In this document: piece by piece, positions 1 to 12,764 of the stretch | Position numbering within the stretch: position 1 is the first letter of the stretch | Layout: every line of letters starts with the position of its first letter | Source of the DNA: Eledone cirrhosa | Taxonomy: Eukaryota | Direction: 5' to 3' | DNA: 64,000 nt | Assembly: GCA_964016885.1 (NCBI GenBank) | Contig: OZ024748.1 | Span: forward strand, 58,838,001 to 58,902,000 | Program-made: the position numbers and the translations under genes | The notes under the pieces: model-generated | Databases searched by the model: none | Seen by the model: only the letters and a program-made list of their open reading frames with translations | What the model was told of the DNA's origin: nothing

Positions 1-870
1 AAGTACACACTCAGACATACATTCACACAACCACATACATACATTCACACAAACGCATACACAGTAAAACAAATGGAGTGCCAGCCACTATTTTGCTATA
101 GTTTTTTAACACCCCAGTCCTTTCTTTTACACACACATACATTCACACAGGCAGCAGATGTAAAGAGAGAGGAGTAGTATGAGGTAGTCAAACTACTCCT
201 CTCTCTCTGTTGTGACAGAATCGCAGAAATTTATATATAGATGAGAGAGAGACAGAAAACAACAAAAAGTTATGATTATAATATAATAGATGGTGCAGTG
301 ATTTTAGGCGGCAAATTGGCAGAGTCGTTAGAATGTTTTATGGTATTCGTTCCAACCCTCTGGGGTCAATTCTTCCTCTATATCTTTTTTTCATTTCCTC
401 TCCCTCATTCTCTATCTTTTTTTGGAAGAAATCTGCTGTACACATGTACACAGGCCTGGAGAGGGATGGGCTCAGCCAGGCTTTAAATACCCAAGAAACG
501 TTACGACTCTATCAGGAGTTACGGGACCATACATACATACATACATACGCACACAGATTTCCTTCAAATGTTGATAGGTCATGATGTTTCTGGACAGATT
601 TTCAAACTGTTATAGTCCTTCTTATGAAGGTATCTTCACTTTGAGTACCAGCCCGGACTGCTGAGAATTTGTCCAACTCTTATTAGCAGGGAAAGTGGAC
701 ATTAAATGATGAGAGTGACAATCATGATAATGATAATGAACACTTTAAAACAAACAATTTGATATCATCCAACCAGGGGACAGTTTCAAGCAGTTTTACT
801 CCCTCAAAAAAAGGTTAAACAGTGAATTGTTGTTGTGTAAAACAGAATTAAGAAAATTACAGCCACTAAC

Positions 871-1001
871 CTTCTCTGCCTTCTCCAAGAGCAACAATCC
901 TTGCATCGATAAATTCGGGACGCCTGCCTAGTAACCAGCTCATGAACTTCTGAAGCATCGAAGATGACTCGGGAACAAACATTGGTACACAACATTTGTG
1001 T
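871..1001 (-). CDS. B9D1: B9D1 coding exon 5 (final exon lies outside the window)
   Basis: tttccctAG acceptor, (R)[43 protein letters not shown] plus G, GTTAGT donor. 131 nt. The five exons total 466 nt with consistent phases. Confidence 0.96.
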
Positions 1002-1727
1002 CTAGGGAAACAGAAAAACAAGCTATGATAAAAGAAAATATCATTCGAGGAAAGATAACTAAAGTGAAAAGACGGCAGATGAACTGTGAATATGTTCACA
1101 TGCTTATGTTAGAAAACCATACAGTGAATTATCAGAGTATATCATTTTACGTCTGCTTTTCCCTGCTTGCAAGGGTTGGACGGGAACTGATTCTGGCTTG
1201 ATTTCTACAGCTGGATGCCCTTCCTAACACCAACCTCATTTACAGTGAGTGCTGGGTGCTTTTTTGCCGTGGCACCTCCACGAAAACTTTGCAGTGGAAT
1301 GATAGGGACCACAGTCCTATCATCTCATTTCTACAGCTGAGTAAACTTGAGCAATGTGAAATAAAGTGTCTTGCTCAAGGAAACAACACATCACCTGGTC
1401 CGAGAATTGCGTTGTGTAAATGGATGGTACAATAACACCTAATGGAGTTGTAGAGGCAACATAATGGCACACAGTGTTTCTTAGATATTTTAAGCCTGGC
1501 GAATCTCATCCCTCTCCAGGTCTAAATGCAGCAGATTTCTTCCAGAGAAGGAATGAGAGTGAAAGAAAGGAATAATCAACCCCAGTACTAGATTAGTAGT
1601 TTTCTTAACAACCTCAAAAGTATGAAAGATAAAATTGACCTCAGCAGGATTTTACTAGACTATGACTCAGAGCTGTGAGAATTTTCTTCACACCATTCAA
1701 ATCATATATACATATATATCTATGCAT

Positions 1728-1760
<33 letters not shown>

Positions 1761-1895
1761 TCAATATACATATGTGTGTATATATAAGACCCTCTTCCTG
1801 CTATTTCAAGTGTTAACCTAATATATTCCTTCCATATATTGTACCAATTGTGTTGTTATTTCTGTTTACCTTTTATATATATATATATAGGAGAG

Positions 1896-2005
1896 ACTAT
1901 GACCCCGACGGCAGCGCTCAAGCCGTTTTGACGGCTATTTCTGGACTAAAGTAAGAGTTTTTTTAGTCTGGTAAATAAATAGCCGAACTCTTCAAGGGTA
2001 CTTCC
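1896..2005 (-). ncRNA. Type I hammerhead ribozyme with long stem II (two core mutations)
   Basis: Minus strand: AAGTA-CCC-[T]TGAAGA-Gtt-CGGCTATTT..AGACTAAA..TTTAGTCC..AAATAGCCG-tC-[A]AAAC-GGC-ttgagcgct-GCC-GTC/GGG. Sister copies (20141, 48200) keep GAAAC intact. Confidence 0.7.
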
Positions 2006-2783
2006 TTATATGGAAAGATTGTAGTTGTCAAGGGGATTGGTCAAAATGTGTAGCGGACACAGAAAAGTCTATCATGGGTGTGGGGTGGTGATGGCTGAAC
2101 TTGCCTGTAGAACGATAGGGGAGTGGGTAGAGCCGGTCAAGCGTAGAAGGTGAAATCTACATGGCAAATTCTAAGGAATGTGTATGAAAGTAGGCCAGAG
2201 GAGATTGGCGAAAAAAGGTTTCTTTAGAAAGTGGAGGAGGGACGTTAATGAACAGGTAAATCAAATGGGATTGGGGGACAATGAAAAAATATAATAAAAA
2301 AGAATATAGTAAAAAATGAGAGAAAGATGTAACAGAAAGTAAGATTGGAAAGTAAGAAGTGAAATAAAACACAAACTAAGGTGTCTAACACAGCTGCTAT
2401 ATTTTGGACTAAGCTACACAATGAGTTGCTAGATGAGAATAATTAAAAAATTTAGAAATAAAAATTAAAAATGAATACCACATATCTGGGGTCTGACACA
2501 GCTGCTATGAATAGTTAGTATAGCGTAATCAGCGAATGGTATCAGTAAGTTACTGCGGTGGGGGTACTGAGGCTAAAGAGGCCCGATGGGCTGCCTCGGG
2601 GTAGGCAAAAGGGGGGGAAAAAAACAAAGAAATGAACGAGGAAGAAGTTCGGTGGTGGAAAGAAGTGATAGGAGGAGACAAAGGGAAGAAGAAAACATGG
2701 AGGAAAAGAAAAGAGGTACATCTACCTATATCAGTAGGGGTTTACCCTATCTTATTCGGCAAGTGGGGTGTTTCAGACATTGT

Positions 2784-3683
2784 CTACCCACCCGGATCGT
2801 TAGGGGGTTTGAGGGCGAGGTAAGTCTTCCGCAATCTGTGTTTGCATGCAGTTACCAGTTCGTCTTTTTTGTTTAGGAGTTGATCCTTCGTAAACAGCAT
2901 TTGTAATGTTTCCTCCGAGCATAAGTTACACGGACAGCATCCTCCCGTGTAAGAGTTAGCTCTGGACAGTAAGCTCCAAGTAAGATGGTAAGTTATATTA
3001 TTATCTTGGAGGTCCCAGATATGGCCCGAAAGTGTGGTGGCATGTCGCCGGACTGGGTTCCAGAAAGTATGTCAGTGTTGGTAGAACCGGGTCTTAAAGT
3101 TACAAGCGGTTAATCCTATATAAGCTTTGTTGGAGGTGTCCGTCCTCACGTTGCACTGGTAGATCACGTTACGTTCTCGGCATCTGTTGTCGAGGGGGCA
3201 CGTAGATCCATTGGGGCAGTTACACTTCCTGGTCGGCTCTGCACTGATGTCTAGGTTGTTTCTTCCATAGGGGTTGAGTTTTTTGTTGTTTGAGGAGACG
3301 ATGTTTTGTGCGAAGTTGGGTGTGGTCCTGTAGGATAGCTTTATAGTGTTTTTGTTGATTATGTTGTGGTATCGGTGTTGTGGTGGAAAGTGTTTTACGA
3401 GGAGCCTAAAGAAGATTTTCCCGATAGGTGTTGCCACCTCGGCATTGTGGGGAGGATTGAACCACGTTACGCTGCATGAGCGGTGGCGTCGCCTGCTGGT
3501 TCCGCTAAGGGAAGCTAGATAAAAGGATATTTCCTCCCGGAAGCCACTCCACTTGAGGGCCTGGTTGTAATAAGGCGCATGTTCGTTGAATATCTGCTCA
3601 TTAGCGGATAAACGAGATATGCGGAGGGAGATGTTTTTAACCAGATTATTGGTGATGTTTCTAGGATGGTTAGAGCAGCAGTG
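2784..3683 (-). pseudogene. PLE RT-thumb/linker plus GIY-YIG endonuclease remnant
   Basis: Reads ...WFNPP...CNCPNGSTCPLDNRC..NVIYQC..KAYIGLT..FKTRFYQH*HTF..TTLSGHIWDL..WS..CNLCSEE..LLNKKDELVTACKH..*. There is one in-frame TGA at 3072-3074, probably from CGA decay. Confidence 0.88.
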
Positions 3684-4649
3684 TAGAATTTGCCGTGTAG
3701 ATTTCACCTTCTACGCTTGACCGGCTCTACCCACTCCCCTATCGTTCTACAGGCAAATTCAGCCATCCCCAACCTGCACCCACTGCCATGATAGACTTTA
3801 TAGTCTTTAATGCGAAGAAATACCAATGATAATCAGCAGGCTACTGATGAAGGACATTCTTGTTTCTCGGTCTATTTTTATTCATATGTTCATATTCGCA
3901 ACAACGCAGCACGCCATTTTTCATTCATATATATATATTATAACCAATACCAGTATGTTGGCAGAAACACATTTCTCATGCAAGTACCATTGATTATCCT
4001 CCTCAAATGAGGCATAGAGGCACACAACAATGTGCTCCTATTCTAAGGTAAATGAACAGTGAGTTGTTAATTAGATATGGACAGAAAAATTGAAATCCAT
4101 CTCACATGCCAAACCCCTTTCCACAATATGGTGTGGTTCAATGACCAGGACTAGCAGCATAAAATTATAACAAACATAATATAATATAGAAACAGGATCA
4201 GCTGCTTGTGATTTTATTTTTCCTTTAAAAAAATATATTTTATTATTTTGTATCTAACAACATAAACATGTTTATCTGCAAGTCTTCATTAAATTTTCAC
4301 GCAAGAAAAGAAGTATTTATTATTATTATTATTATTATTTAATAAAAATATAAAAAGACAGATATTGCATATATTGTTTTTAAATTATATTTTTTAGTAA
4401 ACATCAGTAATCACCATACGATGTTAAACAAAGAACTAACCAGTGGGATGATGGAGGTGGTGGCTAAAGAGGTGTAGGGGTTATAGTGTTGTTAGGGGTG
4501 GTGGTGGTGGTAGTGTGTGGATAAAAAAGTAAAGATAGTGATGGTGGTGGTGGTGGTGTTAGCGGTGGTGGTGATGGTGTGTGGGTAAAGAAGTAAAGAT
4601 GGTAGTGGTGGTGTGGGAGTAAAGATGATGGCGGTGGAAGTGTGCAGCT

Positions 4650-6125
4650 AAAGACTCTATGCTTCACAGCATAGAGTTACGGCCCTTTACCTTCTGAGTT
4701 CAAATCCTGCGTAGGTTAGCTTTGCCTTTCATCCTTATGGGGTTGATAAAATAAATTACGAGTAATGCACTGGGGTCGATTTAATCGACTTTCCCCTCCC
4801 TCAAAATTACTGGCCTTGTGCCTATATAAGAAACTATTATTATTATATGGATTGGCAGTATCGGTAGAGGGTCGGACGCCATGCTTTGCAGCATAGAGTT
4901 ACGGCCCTGTATGATCTGAGTTCAAATCCCGCCGAGCTTAACTTTGCCTTTCATCCTTACATGGTTGATAAAATAAAGTACCAGTAATACACTGGGATAA
5001 TTGTTGGTCTTGTGCCAAAAGTTGAAACAATTATTATAGGGCAGTGGATTGGCAGTATCAGTAGAGCATCAGACATGATTTGCAGCATATAGTTACGGCC
5101 CTTTACATTCTGAGTTCAAATCCCTCTGAGGTTAGCTATGCTTTTCATCGTTACAGGGTTAATAAAATAAAGTACCACACTGGGGTCGATTTAATGAGCT
5201 TTCCTCTCCCCCAAAATTGATGGTCTTGTGCCCAATTAGAAACCAGTGGATTGGCAGTATCGGTAGAGGGTCGGACGCCATGCCTTGATGCATAGAGTTA
5301 CGGCCCTTGCCATTCTGAGTTCAAATCCGGCCGAGGTTACTTTGCCTTTCATCCTTACGGGGTCGATAAAATAAAGTACCAGTAATGCACTGGGTAATTG
5401 CTGGCCTTGTGCCAAAAGTAGAAACAATTATTATGGCGGTGGGGGATTGACAGAATCAGTAGAGCATTGGACAACATGCTTCACAGGATATAGTTACATC
5501 CATTTATGTTCTGAGTTCAAATCCCTCTAATGTTAGTTTTGCCTTTCATCCTTATGGGGTCAATAATAATCATAATAATAATGGTTTCTTATATAGGCAC
5601 AAGGCCAGCAATTTTTGGGGAGGGGTAAGTCTATTCAATTGACCCCAGTGCGTGACTGGTACTTTATTTTATCGACCCCATAAGGATGAAAGGCAAAGTT
5701 AACCTCGGCGGGATTTGAACTCAGATCATAAAGGGACGTAACTCTATGCTTCAAAGCATGGTGTCCGACGCTCTACCGATACTGCCAGTCCACAACATAC
5801 AGAAGGCACTGCACACATTACAAGAAGAGAACTTTCAATGCAATAGAACAAACACCACATACCCATGGCACACAGAGCTGTGCTAAGTAATGGAGTGATA
5901 ACGCACAAAATAAAATAATTGTTTCTACTTTAGGCACAAGGCCAGCAATTACCCAGTGCATTACTGGTACTTTATTTTATCGACCCCGTAAGGATGAAAG
6001 GCAAAGTCAACCTCGGCGGGATTTGAACTCAGATCGTAAAGGGGCGTAACTGTGCTGGAAAGCATGGCGTCCGACCCTCTACCGATACTGCCAATCCACC
6101 ATTGTTTCTACTTTTGGCACAAAGC
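4650..6125. mobile_element. Cluster of ~7 tRNA-derived SINE copies (group A), first five plus and last two minus
   Basis: A box TGGCAGTATCGG, B box GAGTTCAAATCC, body aactttgcctttcatccttacggggtcgataaaataaagtaccag. Other copies are near 7227, 8040, 8190, 16234, 19613, 21930, 24240, 38685, 39735, 42467, 55922 and 56535. Confidence 0.85.
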
Positions 6126-8739
6126 CATTATAATAATAATAATAATAATATAATAATAATAATAATAATAAAAAGCAAGCTGTTGACATCATTTATAATT
6201 TTATTCTGATTTTATTTGAATCTTTTGATACCAACCCACTCATGACCAACCTTACTTCTCTCATAAAATCTTTCATTTCAAAGTGTTCACATTTTAATTA
6301 AAATCCTCTCACAATTTTATTTTTAAAAAATGTTTATTAAGTTGTGTTCCAAACACTAGCTTAATCCTTTCTATACCAACCCACATGAAGCCATATCTGG
6401 GTATATGAAAGAGAAACACCCATAATAAAGGGTTCCCATTTAAATTAAAAATCTTCCAACATAATTTAATATAAGAACATTTTGTAAAGTTAAATTACAA
6501 ACACCCTCTTAATTATGAAATAATTAATAATTTTAGTAAACCTCTACAAATTATTTCTTAATTAATTGAAATACAGTGTCATTCATTATAAATATGATCC
6601 CAGAGAGATTAAACTCGGAACACCATCACTGAAAGAGAAACAAACTTCTATTTAATCAGGCGCCCATTTAGTCCTTTGTCACTCCCATCAAAAACACTCA
6701 ACTACTGGGACCACATAGGAAACTTTAACATGATGAAATGATACAAGGGACAGATGGCTATCATGTTGTTGTTGTTTTTATTTTGCTTTGTTTTTGAGGG
6801 GGTCTTCCTTTAGAACCATGGGAAAATGGGAGCTCAGTATCTCTCATTAACATAGGGCATTGCAAGGAGGCTCTGTAAGCCACAGTGAAACAGACAATAC
6901 TTCTAGAAGGGTAATCACTCCAGTCACTCCGAATAAAAACTGATATGGGGTTCAGAGTTAAGCGGACCTTAAGTCTGGTCAGAAAACCTGTTTAGTGCTG
7001 GGGGCTGAAGAATACACCCAGTTGTAATGCACCCACCCAGCTGTAAAGTGGTTGTATATAGGAAGTGCATCCAGCTAGAAAAACCCTATCAAAAATATGA
7101 AAAGCTCAACATATAAGATTCACAACTACATATCTCCAGCCCATACAAACATGGAAAAGGTGATGGTGATGATAATGATAATGATGATGATAATGGTGTT
7201 GATGATGATGATGATGATGATAATAATTGTGTCTACTTTTGGCACAAGGCCAGCAATTATCTCAGTGCATTACTGGTACTTTATTTTATCGACCCCCGTA
7301 AGGATGAAATGCAAAGTTAACCTCGGCGGGATTTGAAATCAGACCGTAAAGGACCGTAACTCTTTGCTGCAAAGCATGGCGTCCGACCCTTTACCGATAC
7401 TGCCAATCCACCGCCCCTTTATTATCAATAATAATAACAACAATAATAATGATGGTGATGATGATGGTCATGGTGATGGTGGTGGCTATGATGATAATGA
7501 TGATGATAATGGTGATGATGATGGAGCCTCCTTGAGTTGTGACAATGAACATGCTACAGTTCAATCAACTGAGAGTCAGTTAACTTGCAAGTGGTTCAGT
7601 GCTTCACACATGTCAACTTATGAGATAATTCTCAGGCGATGTCTGCATGGAGTAATCAATAAATGACAAGACTGGACTTTCAACTTGCATGTATAATCCA
7701 TTCAGTAGGCTTCCACATAGTTTCTGTCTATCCAATTTCATTCACAAGACTTTAGTTGACTTAACCCTTTAATGTTCAAACCGGCCAAGACCGGCCAGAA
7801 TTCTCTACCTCTTTCTGTTGAAACTGGCTGTAACTGGTCACTCAAACTGATGTTAAGGTATTGTTCTCAAAAATAAATACTTTCAAAATCTCATAGATTC
7901 GATATTATGTGAGATAATTATGTGAGGTAAAGCCTTTACTATGAAAATATAATAGTATATATAGAGTAATGTGAATGGTAAAGGGTTAAAGCTATAGTAA
8001 TAGCTGCAAATATTTTGTTTGATGGTTTAACAATTCTGCATAACTGGTACTTTATTTTATCGACCCTGTAAGAATGAAAGGTAAAGATAACCTCGGCGGG
8101 ATTCGAACTGAGAATGGTAAGGGCCATAACTCTATGCATCAAAGCATGGCATCCAACCCTCTACCGATACTGCCAATCCACCAATAATAATGATTTCTAC
8201 TATTGGCACAAGGCCAGCAATTTGAAGGGATGGGAACGTAAATTAAATTGACCGCAGTGCATTACTGGTACTCTCTTATCGACAACCCCGTAAGGATGAA
8301 AGGAAAAGATAACCTTGGCAGGATTTGAACTCAGAACATAAAGGGCCCCATAACGTTATACTGCGAAGCATATTGTCGGCGCTCTACCGATTCTGCCAAT
8401 CTACCGAATGATAATAATAACAACAATGTAAGAAAAAATGTTTGGTTTGAGAAATTAATTAAATTAACAGTTATAATTAGCTAATTAATTCCTTGCTGCA
8501 ACTGTTGAACATACGTAATTATGTGAATGTTAAAGACATCTTTACCTCTAAACCTCTAAACTGCCATAATTAATGGTAATAACATTTTCTTAGGCTTCAC
8601 ATGAACAACGAAAAAATTCATTAGAATTTAATAATATTTTGTTTGTATTGTTTTGTTAGTTTTGTTGTTAGTTTTTTTTTTGTTTTGTTTTTTTTTTTGC
8701 TTTTTTTGTTATTTTTGTTGTTTTTTTAAATATTCTTAC

Positions 8740-8836
8740 CTGCCAGGAACTAGAGGCACATGGCACATTCCATAACCACGGACAACATCATTGCCGAAGA
8801 TGTCTAATCCATATGCATGAACAACAATACGTGGCC
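8740..8836 (-). CDS. B9D1: B9D1 coding exon 4
   Basis: ttgttctAG acceptor, (W)[31 protein letters not shown] plus AG, GTAAGA donor. 97 nt. Contains the B9 signature D.FG.DVVRGYG, and the phase is consistent with exon 3. Confidence 0.96.
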
Positions 8837-8944
8837 CTAGAACAACAGGAAAAGTTTTTAAAAAATGAGAAAATATCAAAGGCAAAATGAAAAATAAGAA
8901 TAGCATAAATTTGATTTCTGCAGGCATTTCTTCTGTTTTTTACA

Positions 8945-9078
8945 TTTACTGGTAAAGAGAAGGAATATATTGTGCTACAATATGGAACCCTGGAGGAATG
9001 TCTGTGTAGTTTTTACTGGTAAAGAGAAGGAATATATTGTGCTACAATATGGAACCCTGGAGGAATGTCTGTGTAGTT
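8945..9078 (+). repeat. 67-bp direct duplication
   Basis: tttactggtaaagagaagg...gtctgtgtagtt occurs twice, ~110 bp into B9D1 intron 3 from exon 4. Confidence 0.92.
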
Positions 9079-9147
9079 AAACCATTTTAAACTACATGGC
9101 TTTGTTTTTAGTATTACTGTGAGGCACCATGGACAACTGTTTTCTAA

Positions 9148-10435
9148 TACTATTGTTGTTACTGTTGTTGTTACTGTTGTTGTTGTTACTATTGTTGTTA
9201 CTGTTGTTGCTGCTGTTGTTGTTACTGTTGTTGTTACTGTTGTTGCTGCTGTTGTTGTTGTTACTGCTGTTGTTGTTGTTACTGATGTTGTTACTGTTGT
9301 TGCTGCTGTTGTTGTTACTGTTGTTGTTACTGTTGTTGCTGCTGTTGTTGTTGTTACTGCTGTTGTTGTTGTTACTGATGTTGTTACTGTTGTTGCTGCT
9401 GTTGTTGTTACTGTTGTTGTTACTGTTGTTGCTGCTGTTGTTGTTGCTGTTGTTGTTGTTGTTGTTACTGTTGTTGCTGCTGTTGTTGTTACAGTTGTTG
9501 TTACTGTTGTTGTTACTGTTGTTGTTACTGTTGTTGCTGCTGTTGTTGTTACTGTTGTTGTTACTGTTGTTGTTACTGTTGTTGCTGCTGTTGTTGTTAC
9601 TGTTTTTGCTGCTGTTGTTGTTACTGTTGTTGTTACTGTTGTTGCTGCTGTTGTTGTTACTGTTTTTGCTGCTGTTGTTGTTACTGTTGTTGTTACTGTT
9701 GTTGTTACTGTTTTTGCTGCTGGTGTTATTACAGTTGTTGTTACTGCTGTTACTGTTGTTGTTACTGCTGTTGTTACTGCTGCTTCTGTTGCTAATGCTG
9801 TTACTGTTGTTGTTACTGCTGTTGCTGTAGTTGCTACTTCTGTTGCTAATGTTGTTATTGTTGTTGTTACTGCTGCTACTGCTGTTACTGTTGTTGTTAC
9901 TGCTGTTGCTGTAGTTGCTACTTATGTTGCTAATGTTGTTATTGTTGTTGTTACTGCTGTTGCTGTAGTTGCTACTGCTGTTACTGTTGTTGTTACTGCT
10001 GTTGCTGTAGTTGCTACTTCTGTTGCTAATGTTGTTATTGTTGTTGCTAATGTTGTTATTGTTGTTGTTACTGCTGTTGCTGTAGTTGCTACTGCTGTTA
10101 CTGTTGTTGTTACTGCTGTTGCTGTAGTTGCTACTTCTGTTGCTAATGTTGTTATTGTTGTTGCTAATGTTGTTATTGTTGTTGTTACTGCTGTTGCTGT
10201 AGTTGCTACTGCTGTTACTGTTGTTGTTACTGCTGTTGCTGTAGTTGCTACTTCTGTTGCTAATGTTATTGTTGTTGTTAATGTTGTTATTGTTGTTGTT
10301 ACTGCTGTTGCTGTAGTTGCTACTGCTGTTACTGTTGTTGTTACTGCTGTTGTTACTGCTGCTGCTGTTGTCACTGTCATTATTGCTGTTGTTACTGATG
10401 TTGCTACTTCTGTTACAGTTGCTCTTGTTGCTGCA
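9148..10435. repeat. Compound triplet microsatellite (GTT/GCT/ACT)
   Basis: ~1.3 kb of in-phase triplets with nested longer periodicities. It fills most of B9D1 intron 3. Confidence 0.95.
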
Positions 10436-10914
10436 GATAATGATGGTGATGATGATAATGGTGATGATGATGGTGTCATCACAAATCTTATAATGAATCA
10501 TCATCATCATCATTTTACATCTGCTTTTCCCTGCTTGCATGGGTGGGACGGGAACTGATTCTGGCTTGATTTCTACAGCTGAATGCTTTCCTAACACTGG
10601 GTGCTTTTTTTTCTGTGGCGTTTACACATCCACTTTACAGTGAGTGCTGGATGCTTTTTTCCGTGATACCTCCACGACCACTTTGCAGTGGAATGATAGG
10701 GACCCCAGTCCTATCATCTCATTTCTACAGCTGAGTAAACTGGAGCAATGTGAAATAAAGTGTCTTGCTCAAGGAAACAACACATCACCCGGTCTGAGAA
10801 TTGAACTCACAACCTAACCAGATTGCAAGGCCAATGCTCTAACCACTAAGCCATGTGCCTCCATGTTAAAAAATTCCAAAGATATAAAAAAATGGATGTG
10901 GTTTCCTTACTTAC

Positions 10915-11026
10915 AGCCAAATGGGTTGGTACTTTTAAATGTAATATTCAGTGGAAAGTTCCAAACATGCACTTGGCGTCTGTCTTTACTTTTCTTGGTC
11001 ACCTGGGTGATGCCCTCCTCCAAACC
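10915..11026 (-). CDS. B9D1: B9D1 coding exon 3
   Basis: ttttcttttggaAG acceptor, [37 protein letters not shown] plus the T of Trp, GTAAGT donor. 112 nt. Confidence 0.96.
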
Positions 11027-12009
11027 CTTCCAAAAGAAAAAAATAATAATGGTCACATGTATATTTTGACAGAAAATAGTCTAAGAGATCCTCCACAAAA
11101 TCAAAATGACAACAGCCCATCTGAAGGAGGAGCCTTGTGGGGTGTGGTGGGGTGGCTGTTGCAGTGGGTGTCGCTGGCCATTGTCTGCAGAAATGCCTTG
11201 CAATTTTGTTCACAGATCTCAGCCGAAACACCTCTTTGATCTAGGTGTAGAGTCTGTCACCCTTTGCTCTTCCCCCTTTCTTTCTTCTGTTGCCTTATAG
11301 TCCTTGCTTTTCCCTTCCTTTTCCTCTCATTTATGACATTTATAGTCCTTTACTTCACTCTTCTATACAGCCAGATCTGCTCTTTTTAACCCCTAACCCC
11401 TTTTGCTCCATTTTTTTCATTACTTAATTTTGTTTTTATCCTTTCTTAATATTTTCATCATTGTATAACTTAGGCTCCGAGCAAGATGACTGGATAATAT
11501 CCATGAAACTTGGCGGGTCTTACTTGGGGATCCAGCCAGATCAGTTAGACAGTTGCTTCTGACAGGACCTGCTGGAAGGAGTATTTGAGGACTCTGCCCT
11601 TATACACATACACAAAAAAATAATATAATCGTTCATTCTATCTCTATCGCACACACACACGCACATAATCTTACAATCCCCTTTCCATAAAGACTTGTTA
11701 CAGCATAGGATTGAAAAAAAAAGAATTTTTCAGCATTGCTATTCCCGAGGCCACCACTACCTCCAAACTCATTCTCTTTCTCTCTCACACACACATACTC
11801 TTATCATCCCCTTTCCAACATACCCAACATTTTACATGACATAGACAGCAAAGGGTTTGTCTGCTTTCATCTGATTTTTTCTACTTTTAAACATTAACCT
11901 AAGAATAAAGGACAAACAACTTCTCGTCTCTATCTTTTACTAAACACTTTGCCCTTCCTTACTTATCCATAAACCTAGGGATATATAAACCAATGATTCC
12001 TATTTTTAA

Positions 12010-12194
12010 CCCTTTAGCATTTACATTACTCTATATATATACTATTGTATTTTTGTAACAAAGGCTTTATCTTACATAATTAGCTCACATAATATCGAAT
12101 CTATGAGATTTTGATGTTATTTATTTTGAGAACAATACCTTAACGTCAGGTGAGAGAATTCTGGCCGGGTATGGCTGGTTTAAATGCTAAAGGG
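12010..12194. mobile_element. TTAA-flanked (piggyBac-like) MITE
   Basis: TTAA at 12006-12009 and 12195-12198, with 14-bp TIRs CCCTTTAGCATTTA/TAAATGCTAAAGGG. Related copies at ~32760-32967, ~60041-60270 and ~7760-7920. Confidence 0.75.
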
Positions 12195-12764
12195 TTAAGA
12201 CAGAAGGGTGTGATTTCAGGAAGATTTGACTGTTATTTTAAGCAGCCTGGTGATGAAATTAGTCTTAAAATCTATGTGATTGGTGTTAGGAAAGACATCC
12301 AGCTGTATAAAAACCAAATAGTGTGGCCAACTGGCAAGACTTATCTCATAACGTGGAGGATCTGTCTAAACCATACAAGCATGGAAAATAATTCATTAAA
12401 TGATGATGATGATGATGAACAAAATCAAGGACTATGTGAGCTAATGTATTCCGCTTTTAAGACAGCAGGTTGTTATTTCACAGAGATTTTGTTGCTATTT
12501 CCAAGTTAAACTATCAGGTACAGGAATCATTATTAATTCCCAAGGCTAATGATAAAAATTAATTGAAGCACAGCTGTTATGTAAATGTAAAAGATGGAGC
12601 TAATTTTAGTACTACATGCAAATGAAACACTCATTAATTACATAGAATGTTTGTAATATTCAAAGCAGATAAGACAGTTGTTCCACTTAATTACTGTTTA
12701 TAATTAAATGAGCCAACAAAGGAGCAATCAAATATACTTCAAATCAAAATATGTCAAAGCAAAT

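Larger units (their letters stand above)
1888..3799 (-). mobile_element. 5'-truncated Penelope-like retroelement with inverted terminal segment
   Basis: It carries a decayed ORF with an RT C-terminus (SNHP, WFNPP) and GIY-YIG nuclease, a long 3' UTR and a hammerhead motif. 2064-2173 is repeated inverted at 3684-3799. The left end abuts (TA)n. Confidence 0.88.

Noticed and set aside
1-860. Final B9D1 exon (VTRVRSQG..)
   Set aside because: No matching minus-strand frame was found, so it must lie outside the window.
9092-10597. 501-aa Asn/Ser-rich ORF and overlapping poly-Val/Leu/Thr ORFs
   Set aside because: This is a triplet microsatellite open in several frames on both strands. It lies in B9D1 intron 3 and starts in a SINE.
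12010-12194. Autonomous DNA transposon
   Set aside because: Only TIRs and TTAA are present, and there is no transposase in the window.
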